Shown in pieces: positions 1 through 7,468 of a stretch of DNA of 12,040 bases; position 1 is the stretch's first letter; the number at the start of each line of letters is the position of its first letter. The stretch comes from Opitutia bacterium (lineage in GTDB: Bacteria > Verrucomicrobiota > Verrucomicrobiia > Opitutales > T3Sed10-336). The notes under the pieces were generated by a model. That model was not told where the DNA came from and did not search any database. It was given only the letters and a program-made list of their open reading frames with translations. A program made the translations under genes and the position numbers. Location: contig JBJHCF010000074.1 in the NCBI GenBank assembly GCA_050506795.1, positions 1-12,040 of the forward strand. The letters are read 5' to 3'.

Positions 1-208
1 GTTCGATCCAAAAGAATGTTCGGTTGGTACGATCATTTTTCGAACTTGAAGACACAAAATACATTATCCAATAGTGCAAGAACTTTTGCAACGATTAATA
101 CCGGCTCCGGCGGCGGTCCGCGGGACGAGGGGCTTTTCCTGTCTCAAGCGGAGAGCAATGAGCGAGACGAAGCGAGAGAGGCTTGGGACCCGGAACGGCC
201 GTGGCTGA

Positions 209-430
209 GGGGGACTGGCGGCTGGCGGAGAATTTCAGAGCGTCGCATGGGTGCCCTGGCAGGAACCGGTACCGATCACGTTTCGGACGCAATCCGAGGA
301 GGTGACCGTTTACGACATGTACTTGCGCGAGAGCCAGGTGGTACGAGCCGATGAGGATGGTCACATCGTGATCGAGGCTGGGGAGGAGCCCGTTTACATC
401 CGGGGGCTGACGTCGCCGGCCCACCCGTAG
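209..430 (+). pseudogene. Probable C-terminal gene remnant (or very short CDS) resembling the beta-strand tail of large glycoside-hydrolase/sugar-binding proteins
   Basis: Not in the ORF track. Frame +2 is open from 209 (after TGA 206-208) to TAG 428-430: GGLAAGGEFQSVAWVPWQEPVPITFRTQSEEVTVYDMYLRESQVVRADEDGHIVIEAGEEPVYIRGLTSPAHP*. Composition is protein-like, with a 'VTVYD...DG.I.I....PVYI.G' pattern. There is no ATG near its start (a GTG lies at 251). The family resemblance is from recall only. Confidence 0.4.
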
Positions 431-438
431 GCTGTTTG

Positions 439-480
439 GGTTTCAGGTGTGAGGAAGAAATATATCAATCACCTGAAACC
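439..480. repeat. Perfect 11-bp inverted repeat (hairpin) with 20-nt AT-rich spacer; possible terminator-like or REP-like element
   Basis: GGTTTCAGGTG (439-449) and CACCTGAAACC (470-480) are exact reverse complements, 8 nt after the TAG at 428-430. No clear U-tract on either side. Confidence 0.6.
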
Positions 481-724
481 TGCTACCGGGAACCTTTTCC
501 CGCCGATTTATGGAAACCGAACATTCGTGAAATGATTCCGCCACTTTTGTTTGGCTCGACGCGTGAAAAGGACCCACGGTTTCGTGCAGGGCGCGCCGCC
601 GGAAGGCTTTGACATGGGAAATAGAGGAACGACTTAACCGGAATACGGCAACGACGGCGCGTTGCCCTCGTGTGCCCGGCTCCGCCGGGTTGGGAAGCAT
701 CTGTTTTCGGAAATGTTCTTATTT

Positions 725-1612
725 TCAGAAAACGCATTCTTCGAAGGCTTCGCGGGCGATGGCTGCGTAGAGGATGGATTCGGCGTAGCGGTCGCTTTCT
801 TCGACGAGACCGCCGCCGGCGTCGGGAAAAACCCGGGCGTAGTAGATGGTGGAGGCGAGCAGTTCGGGGGCGAAAATCAAAACGTCGCCCGCTCCCGCGT
901 TGGCTTTGAACCCGGCCATGGCCCGGCGCCACATTTCCTTGAAGTGCGCGAGATAATCGACGCCGACAGCCATTCGGGGGCGCTCCGAGAGGTGTTCGAT
1001 CGGCGCCTGCATAAATCCCGGCGCGGCGATCCGGCCATGGAGGAAACCGGTCCGGTCGAAAATAGGTTGCATGAAATCGAGCCTGGCTTCGAAATCGCCG
1101 TAAACCATCTCCTGCCCGCAATAGTAATGACTGAAATCCCCGTTGAACCGGACTTCCGGAAAGGTTTCGGTCAATCGGACCGTGCGCCAGAGATCCTGGG
1201 TGATCGTCGCCCGGTGGGTTTCGATGAACGCCGGCAGGTCATGCGTCTCCGACGCGGTCAGTGTGGCTTCGACCAGCCGGTGTGCTGTCGCGTCGTCCTC
1301 AATCCCGGTGCCGAGGTGAAGCGTGAGACACGAGTCGCCGCGTTGTTTGTGTTTGGAAAAAACGGTGTCGGCGTCTTCGGGAGCGTCGAGCCGGTCCAGG
1401 CCACAATAGGGCAGGCGGCCGCCCTGGAGCGGTGAATGATCTCCACCGAGCTGCACGCCTTCAAAACCGTCCGCCTCGATCCGCTCCGCAGCCGCGGGCC
1501 AGGCGAGGCCGGATCCAATCGAATGAGACGGCAGGGCGAAAAGCGTATCGAGATTCAAGTAAACCCGGAGTTTGGGTGCGTCCGCGGTTCCGTCGTTCAG
1601 GTATTCGGCCAT
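725..1612 (-). CDS. Xylose-isomerase-like TIM-barrel protein (sugar-phosphate isomerase/epimerase family)
   Basis: 295 aa. Motifs ADGFEGVQ, IETHR, FNGDFSHY, LHGRI and FAPEL fit the E/D/H/E metal-ligand pattern of the xylose isomerase/AP-endonuclease-2 fold. Starts 22 nt after the upstream stop. Substrate unknown. Confidence 0.7.
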   Translation of the reverse strand: MAEYLNDGTADAPKLRVYLNLDTLFALPSHSIGSGLAWPAAAERIEADGFEGVQLGGDHSPLQGGRLPYCGLDRLDAPEDADTVFSKHKQRGDSCLTLHLGTGIEDDATAHRLVEATLTASETHDLPAFIETHRATITQDLWRTVRLTETFPEVRFNGDFSHYYCGQEMVYGDFEARLDFMQPIFDRTGFLHGRIAAPGFMQAPIEHLSERPRMAVGVDYLAHFKEMWRRAMAGFKANAGAGDVLIFAPELLASTIYYARVFPDAGGGLVEESDRYAESILYAAIAREAFEECVF

Positions 1613-1634
1613 GATTTTATGAATGTGTGGCGGA

Positions 1635-3932
1635 TTAGAATTCGTCGAAAGCGATTTGATCCGGCGTGACGCCGAGTTTTTGCGTGAGCATTTTGGTGCA
1701 TGCTTTGATCATCATCGGTGGACCGCACAGGTAAAATTCGACCGCATTCAAGTTGGGATGGGTTTCCAGGTAGTGGATCAGGACGACTTCGTGGATAAAA
1801 CCGGTCAATCCGGTCCACCGGTCTTCGTCGAGGGGATCCGAGAGCGCGAAATGGAAGTCGAAGTTCGGGTGTTCCGCCGCCAGTTTCTCGAAATAGTCCG
1901 TGTAGAAAAGTTCCTGTTTGGAACGGGCGCCGTACCAATAACTGACCTTGCGGGCGGTTTTCTCGTTCTCGAAGAGGTGGGAAATGTGAGCCCGCAGGGG
2001 AGCCATGCCGGCGCCGCCGCCAATGTAAACCATCTCCTTGCGGGTCGGTTTGATGTGGAAATCCCCGAAAGGGCCGATGGCGGTCACGGTATCGCCCGGT
2101 TTGAGGCTGAAGACGTAGCTGGAACCGATCCCCGGGAGACAATCCTGCCCCGGTGGCGGCGTGGCGATGCGAACGTTGAACCTCAATTGGCGTTCGGTGT
2201 GAAGGTTGCTGGCGATCGAATAGTTGTTGCGGCGTCCCGTTTCGGGATTGCCGACGGTCAGGTCGAAGACATGCTGGCGTTCCCAAACGGCGGCGTACGG
2301 CTCGGGAATGTCGAAGTCGCGGAACCGGATTTGGTCGTACGCGGGGATGTCCAACTGGATGTAGTCACCCGGGGTGAAATCGATCCTTTCCTCGGGATCG
2401 ACCGGCTCCAGGACCAATTCCTTGATAAAGGTGGAGACGTTGCTGTTGCTCACCACGCGAAGCGTGTACGTCTTTTGGTGTCGTGCTCCATCGCCGCCCG
2501 GGTTCTGGATATTGAGCCGGATACGCCCATTGCGCTCTTCGATGGGGTACGTTGCGAGACCCCGGCAGACGGGGGCGCGGGCGGGAGAACCGTCGGCAAG
2601 ATTAAAGCGACCGTTGTGCTTCGGGCACTCGATGATTTTTCCCTTTACCAAACCGTCCGAGAGATGGGTGTTGCCGTGGGTGCAGACGCCGTCGGTGGCG
2701 TATAAAAGACCCTCGGCATCGCGACACAAGGCGAACGTCTTTTTGCCGTGATCGAAGCGGATGACATCTTCCGGTCCGAGATCGGCGCCGGCGCAAATCT
2801 CCAGCCACCCTGCGGCGTCGGGAGAAGCGTCGGAGCGGTGGCCGGATTCCTGCGAGTGTTCTTTCGACGGCGGAAGTTTCCGTTTCACGTGGTAGGTCGG
2901 ATCCTTCACCTGCTTGAGCACGGCCGGGATGATCTCTTTCCAGGCGGCGAAGAGACTTGGGTAGGGTTCGGGCATGTCGTCTTTGACGGCGTCGTGCAGT
3001 TTTGGCAAGGCGTGGTATGGAACAAGCGGAAACATGTGATGCTCCACATGGTAATTCATGTTCCAATACAAAAACCGGTGAATCGGATTCATGTAAACCG
3101 TCCGGCAATTTAGGCGGTGGTCGAGAACGTTCTCGGCCAGGCCGGCGTGCTGCGTGTACCCGTAGATCGGCATCAGCCAGGCTCCGAAAAGATTGCAGCC
3201 GCCGACCAGGAGGATCGGGAGAATGCTTCCCGTGTAGACGCTGAGTGCTATCACGGCGGCGTAGATGGCGACGTAAATGCGGGCCCGGCGGTACACCTTG
3301 GGGAATTCGCTCTCGGGAATGAACGTCTTTTCGTCCTCCGACATCTTTCCGAAGCTGTGCAGGACGATCGATTTAAAGTAGGTGAAGTAGACTTTCCAGT
3401 TGATGAAACTGAGGATCAGCGCCCTGATATTCGGCGGGCGAGGGACGGCGATTTCCGGGTCCCGGCCGACGATTATGGTGTCGCTGTGGTGGCGGGTGTG
3501 GCTCCAGCGCCAGACGGTCGATTCGCGCATCACCATGAACGAGGCGATTTCATAGAGCCAGTTGTTCATCCAATCGGTTTTGAATGCGGTGCCGTGTCCG
3601 GCTTCGTGCCAACGGGAATCGGAAGTCGACGCGTAGAGGGCGGCGTAGCACAGATAGGGAAGAACCGCCCACCAGCTTCCCCAGAGCAGAAAGGTCAGGT
3701 AACCGAATCCGACGATCAGCCCGAGCCAGAGGAGGGTGTCCCGAATCGCCGGCCCGTCCTTGCGTACCAGCAGACTGCGCATGGTGGCGCGGGGCACCGG
3801 CGATTGATACCAGTCCGCTTCGGCCAGACCGAGCTCGACCGCTCGTTCGGCGTTCTTTCCGGTCAGACTGTAATCCAGAGTGGAAGGGGGGCGCTGCAGG
3901 GCGGTCGTCCCGTGATCGTGATCGTGGTCCAT
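1635..3932 (-). CDS. Fusion protein: fatty-acid-desaturase-superfamily (MocD-like) di-iron oxygenase + Rieske [2Fe-2S] ferredoxin (MocE-like) + NqrF-like FAD/NADH oxidoreductase
   Basis: Likely start is ATG 3932 (MDHDHDH..., 765 aa); the ORF-track extension to 4202 overlaps galM. His boxes HEAGH, HTRHH, QH and NYHVEHH plus hydrophobic helices (~3932-2880). Rieske CTH...CPKH (~2810-2505). FNR-family reductase with TFIKEL, NVRIATPPP, GPFGDF, IGGGAGMAP, YWYGARS, CGPPMM and terminal FDEF (~2470-1635), closely resembling the NqrF C-terminal domain. Confidence 0.9.
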   Translation of the reverse strand: MDHDHDHGTTALQRPPSTLDYSLTGKNAERAVELGLAEADWYQSPVPRATMRSLLVRKDGPAIRDTLLWLGLIVGFGYLTFLLWGSWWAVLPYLCYAALYASTSDSRWHEAGHGTAFKTDWMNNWLYEIASFMVMRESTVWRWSHTRHHSDTIIVGRDPEIAVPRPPNIRALILSFINWKVYFTYFKSIVLHSFGKMSEDEKTFIPESEFPKVYRRARIYVAIYAAVIALSVYTGSILPILLVGGCNLFGAWLMPIYGYTQHAGLAENVLDHRLNCRTVYMNPIHRFLYWNMNYHVEHHMFPLVPYHALPKLHDAVKDDMPEPYPSLFAAWKEIIPAVLKQVKDPTYHVKRKLPPSKEHSQESGHRSDASPDAAGWLEICAGADLGPEDVIRFDHGKKTFALCRDAEGLLYATDGVCTHGNTHLSDGLVKGKIIECPKHNGRFNLADGSPARAPVCRGLATYPIEERNGRIRLNIQNPGGDGARHQKTYTLRVVSNSNVSTFIKELVLEPVDPEERIDFTPGDYIQLDIPAYDQIRFRDFDIPEPYAAVWERQHVFDLTVGNPETGRRNNYSIASNLHTERQLRFNVRIATPPPGQDCLPGIGSSYVFSLKPGDTVTAIGPFGDFHIKPTRKEMVYIGGGAGMAPLRAHISHLFENEKTARKVSYWYGARSKQELFYTDYFEKLAAEHPNFDFHFALSDPLDEDRWTGLTGFIHEVVLIHYLETHPNLNAVEFYLCGPPMMIKACTKMLTQKLGVTPDQIAFDEF

Positions 3933-3981
3933 AAACGTCGTGAATTGAAGGTTTAATTGGTTGGGTGTTCGGCGACTCGGT

Positions 3982-5037
3982 TCAAACGGTGCCGAAGGCG
4001 TAAATCGTGGTGTGGTGTTGCGGTTGGCCCGGCCGGACCAGTATGTCGCCGAATCCTGTGACATTGGTGGCTTCCGGGTATTCCTCGCATTCCAGGCAAA
4101 ACGCGCCGAATCTTTCGTATGGACGGCCGGCTTTGCCGCGGATGCTGCCATCCAGGCTGCTGCTGAAGAAGGTTTGGAGACAGCTGTTGGTGGTCCGGAC
4201 ATCGAGGACCCGGCCGGTCGATGGATCTTCGATGCGGGCCGCCTGCCTCAGGGTTTTGTCAGTGCCGATCCAATACAAGTCGCCGTGGCTCTGCCACAGG
4301 CCGGGAATGACCGTTCCGAGACGGACCGGTGTGCGCATGTCAGCCGCCCGGCCATCCACCGGTTCGAGGCGGTTGAGAAGCGTCATTGCCTCGTCGGAGG
4401 GAATGATTTGGGAGCTGTAGATTTGAGCCCGGTGGTCGAGGATCGTGCCGTTGCCCTCGCCGGCCAGATTGAAGTAGGAATGGTGGGTGATGCTCGCCGG
4501 AGTGGCCCGGTCCGATTCGACGAAGGTCTCAAAGACGAACTCATTGGCGGCGGTGACGGTGTAGGTCACGGCGACCTTGAGATTGCCCGGGTAACCTTGG
4601 TCCCCGTCCGGACTCTCGCAGCTCAGTTTCAGTGATGGAGCGCCATCGGGCCTCTCGACAGGTTCCGCTTTCCAGACTCGGGTATGCAATGCTCCGGGAC
4701 CGCCATGGAGGTGATTTGGGGGGTTATTGACCGGAAGCTGGAATGCCTCGGAGCCGAATTTCAACGTTCCCCCGGCGATCCGGCCCGCGACCCGTCCTAT
4801 CGTGGCGCCAAAGTAAGCAGGATTTTCCAGGTACGGTTCGAGATCCGGATACCCCAGGACCAGATCGGCAAACGAGCCGTTCCGGTCGGGAGCGGCCAAC
4901 CGGCGGACGATCCCCCCGAGGGTAAGGATTTCGAGCTCGAGGCCACCCGCGCCCTTCAGAGTCCAGGCTTCAACGGATTGGCCGTTGGGCATGGTACCAA
5001 AGTTTGCGGATCGCGATTGGGCATGGGTCTCGATCAT
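3982..5037 (-). CDS. galM: Aldose 1-epimerase (mutarotase)
   Basis: 351 aa. Motifs DLVLGY, YFGATIGRVAGRI, NHLHGG, DGDQGYPGNL, HHSYFNLAG and FCLE (catalytic His and Glu retained). Confidence 0.92.
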   Translation of the reverse strand: MIETHAQSRSANFGTMPNGQSVEAWTLKGAGGLELEILTLGGIVRRLAAPDRNGSFADLVLGYPDLEPYLENPAYFGATIGRVAGRIAGGTLKFGSEAFQLPVNNPPNHLHGGPGALHTRVWKAEPVERPDGAPSLKLSCESPDGDQGYPGNLKVAVTYTVTAANEFVFETFVESDRATPASITHHSYFNLAGEGNGTILDHRAQIYSSQIIPSDEAMTLLNRLEPVDGRAADMRTPVRLGTVIPGLWQSHGDLYWIGTDKTLRQAARIEDPSTGRVLDVRTTNSCLQTFFSSSLDGSIRGKAGRPYERFGAFCLECEEYPEATNVTGFGDILVRPGQPQHHTTIYAFGTV

Positions 5038-5045
5038 AAGATGAC

Positions 5046-5076
5046 ATAATGCCCTCTATGCAATACGGTTGTCTTC
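5046..5076 (-). promoter_or_regulatory. Putative internal promoter upstream of galM (GAAGAC-N19-CATTAT)
   Basis: Lies in a 129-nt intergenic gap. The -10-like CATTAT (5051-5046) is 8 nt before the ATG. GAAGAC (5076-5071) sits at the same 19-nt spacing as in the mtaC upstream region. Confidence 0.3.
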
Positions 5077-5166
5077 TCGTTTTTCTACCGGAAGATTTCG
5101 CTAATTGTCATTCCGCGTCTTTCGGTGCTTACAGGTTGGGGTGGGGTAGTACGTCCTCGTGGTCCG

Positions 5167-6738
5167 TCAGCGGTCGTGATCGAGCGGATCCAGGGGCATG
5201 CAATCGATGAAGTGGTCTTCGAAGGACTCGACCTGGTTGAGTTCGATTACCCGGGCGTTGGCGCGGAGCGTCTCAATGGCGGATTCGTTTTCGGATTGCA
5301 GCATCAGTGAGGCCCCGCCGAGGGAAGCGTTGCCGATCACCCTGAGTCGGTCAAACGGGACGTTGGGAAGCATTCCGACCGCCATGGCGTGTTTGCGGTC
5401 GAGGTGATAGCCGAAGCCGCCGGCGATGAAGATCGTTTCCAAATCGTCCGGCCGGAGATCGGCCACTTCCAACAGGGTCGTCACGCCGGCGGCAATGGCG
5501 GCTTTGGCTTGGATAAGTTCCGCGACGTCGGATTCGGAGACAAAGAGCCGGCTGTGGATCGTCACCCGGCATTCCGGTCCGTCGGGACCTGCGCGTGTTT
5601 CGACTTCGGGATGGTTCGACTCGAATCGTCCCATTGCGTTGAGCAGGCCTTCCGTCCGGGCGAGGGCAAGGAAGTCGACGTAGGCCGCTCCCGATATCGC
5701 CGACGGGCGGACTCGTTGTTCGCCGATGGAATGCAGTTGGGACCAGCGGCCGGATTCGCGGGTAAGAGCTGAAATCACGTTTTTGGCGGCCGGGGCGCCG
5801 CAGTTCAGGCGGCCGCCTTCGAAGGCGGGGCCGGCGGCGGTGGCGGTGGCGAGAAAGCCGTCGGCGGTTTTGAGCAGAATTTCGCCGTTGGTGCCGAAAT
5901 CGATCAGGAGAGCCGGGCGTTCGAGTTCCAGAATACCGGAGGCCAAAGCGCCCGCGATGATGTCGGCCCCGACGAACGGTCCGAGACTGCCGGCGAGCAT
6001 GAGGGGGAAATCGGTTGAAAACCCGAGGCTCGCGGAGGGAACGGTGCTGGCTTCGAGGAACTCCGGCTCGAAGGGGTACGAGGCGAAGCCCGATAGCCGG
6101 GCTCCGGTCAGGCTGTGCAGCATCACGGTGTTGCCGGCGGCGATGCCTTCGGTGATTTTCGACGGTTCGACGTCGGCGTTCCGGCAAAGACGGTCGATCA
6201 AAGGTCCGAGAGCGTCCCGGACCAAGGCTGCTTGCAGTTTGGGGCAGGCGCCTCCTTGTGTAACGGCATGATCGATACGGGAAAGGACGTTGTCGCCGTA
6301 GCGCCGTTGTTCGTTGGCGGCGGATCCGCCGGCGAGGCATTTGCCGGTCGCGAGATCCCAGAGCGCGGCGGCGACGGTGGTGGTTCCGATATCGAGAGCC
6401 AGGCCGATGCCGGGCCGGCGGCGAAGCGCATGGGAATGTGTTCCGATCTCGAAGGAACTCACTCCGTTCAGACTTTGGTCACGCACCGACGCCTCGGGGA
6501 TGCGTATCGAGGCCCCGTCGGCCGGGAGCTGGGCGCAGGTGATTTGGCAGGCGCGGCGCGGAGTTCCGTCGACCTCCACCAGGCAGCTTCGGCAAAGTCC
6601 GCGTCCGCCGCAGCGCGTGTTCAGCGGAAGATGTTCCGTTTCGAGCCACTCGGAGAGGATCCGGGATGTGTCGGCTGGAGTGGCGCGGAGGTAACGGCGT
6701 CCATCGGGCATGTCGATGAGAATGTCGGATCGGGACAT
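5167..6738 (-). CDS. ASKHA-domain ATP-dependent reductive activator of corrinoid proteins (RACo/DUF4445) with N-terminal [2Fe-2S] domain
   Basis: 523 aa. N-terminal CGGRGLCRSC...RACQ. ASKHA motifs LDIGTTT, YGDNVLSRI, AGNTVMLH, FVGADI, IDFGTNGEI, AAGPAFEGG, QAKAAIAAG, IAGGFG and GNASLGGA. Context is a corrinoid methyltransferase cluster. Confidence 0.92.
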   Translation of the reverse strand: MSRSDILIDMPDGRRYLRATPADTSRILSEWLETEHLPLNTRCGGRGLCRSCLVEVDGTPRRACQITCAQLPADGASIRIPEASVRDQSLNGVSSFEIGTHSHALRRRPGIGLALDIGTTTVAAALWDLATGKCLAGGSAANEQRRYGDNVLSRIDHAVTQGGACPKLQAALVRDALGPLIDRLCRNADVEPSKITEGIAAGNTVMLHSLTGARLSGFASYPFEPEFLEASTVPSASLGFSTDFPLMLAGSLGPFVGADIIAGALASGILELERPALLIDFGTNGEILLKTADGFLATATAAGPAFEGGRLNCGAPAAKNVISALTRESGRWSQLHSIGEQRVRPSAISGAAYVDFLALARTEGLLNAMGRFESNHPEVETRAGPDGPECRVTIHSRLFVSESDVAELIQAKAAIAAGVTTLLEVADLRPDDLETIFIAGGFGYHLDRKHAMAVGMLPNVPFDRLRVIGNASLGGASLMLQSENESAIETLRANARVIELNQVESFEDHFIDCMPLDPLDHDR

Positions 6739-6742
6739 GACA

Positions 6743-7468
6743 TCAGGGGCGGGCGACGAGGGTGCCGTCGGAATCGGCCTCGATCGAATGATCGGGCGGG
6801 ACGATCAGAAACCGGTCGGAGTGCCAGTCCCGGTTGATGAGCTGGAGGAGAAAGGAAGGATCCGCTTTCAGGCATTGGAATTCCCAGCCCTGGTGGGAGG
6901 CACAGTCGCGGCAATAGTTTTCGGCGGCCGGTTTGTTGAAAATGGAGAGGTAGGCCGCGCGGTTGTGGTGGGCTAAAGCTTCCCGGTCGGCGTCGACCAA
7001 TTCGTCGAGCATCTCCTCGTCGTCGCCGTAACGTTCGGAGTAGAGTTCACGCAGGTGTTGTTCCCGGTCAGGCCCGGGGACGCGTTTTCCGCGGATCCAC
7101 CCTGGCGAGTAGAAATAAGTCCCCGGATTCTTCTTCAGGACGGCGTCGTGCTGAGCTCGTCCGCCGAGCAGGATGGAAATGCAGTCGTGTGCCTGCGGGA
7201 GGATCAGGCGGCAACGTTCCGCCCTGACGCCGAGCAAGCCGTTTCCGCAGCGGCCGTAGGCGAGTAGGATGGTTTGCAGTTGCGGGTGGTCGGCCTCGAG
7301 GGAAGCGATTTGTTGTTGGACTGTTTCCCGAAGTTGGTCCGGCCGGTCGTGGAGTCCCATCTCCAGGAAGACCGCGGCGCACCAGGGAGGGGAGGCTGTT
7401 ACAAAATGGTTGATTTCCTCCTTGAAAACATCGCAGGCGAGTAGGGCGTGATGGCCGGCTGGTTTCAT
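6743..7468 (-). CDS. DUF1638 family protein (associated with corrinoid methyltransferase clusters)
   Basis: Likely start is ATG 7468 (MKPAGHHALLACDVF..., 241 aa), overlapping the upstream stop in ATGA. Motifs ACDVFKEE, LEMGLHDRP, YGRCGNGL, AHDCISILLG and GTYFYSPGW. Confidence 0.85.
   Translation of the reverse strand: MKPAGHHALLACDVFKEEINHFVTASPPWCAAVFLEMGLHDRPDQLRETVQQQIASLEADHPQLQTILLAYGRCGNGLLGVRAERCRLILPQAHDCISILLGGRAQHDAVLKKNPGTYFYSPGWIRGKRVPGPDREQHLRELYSERYGDDEEMLDELVDADREALAHHNRAAYLSIFNKPAAENYCRDCASHQGWEFQCLKADPSFLLQLINRDWHSDRFLIVPPDHSIEADSDGTLVARP

Noticed and set aside
16..424. ORFs 16..354 (+) and 95..424 (-)
   Set aside because: No recognisable motifs. The first begins in AT-rich, non-coding-like DNA; the second reads as the antisense shadow of the frame +2 remnant.
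609..640. Perfect TTGACA (-35) on the + strand as an antisense promoter
   Set aside because: No acceptable -10 at 16-18 nt spacing.
481..700. Cobalamin-riboswitch-like words (GGGAA, GTGAAA, CCGCCACT, GGAAGGC)
   Set aside because: Spacing and pairing do not fit the B12 element, the terminal conserved segment is missing, and the site is downstream of convergent genes. An Rfam scan would settle it.
1635..2470. nqrF / Na+-translocating NADH:quinone reductase
   Set aside because: Only the FAD/NAD domain is present. It is fused to an oxygenase, lacks the NqrF N-terminal TM and ferredoxin parts, and no nqrA-E genes are nearby.
3933..4202. N-terminal 90-aa extension of the fusion ORF (track start 4202)
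   Set aside because: It overlaps the 3' end of galM in another frame and does not look like real protein; ATG 3932 is more plausible.
4775..4810. GalM 'AGRI' instead of 'ANRI' as a sign of changed substrate
   Set aside because: As I recall, this variant also occurs in ordinary Firmicute mutarotases, so it is not diagnostic.
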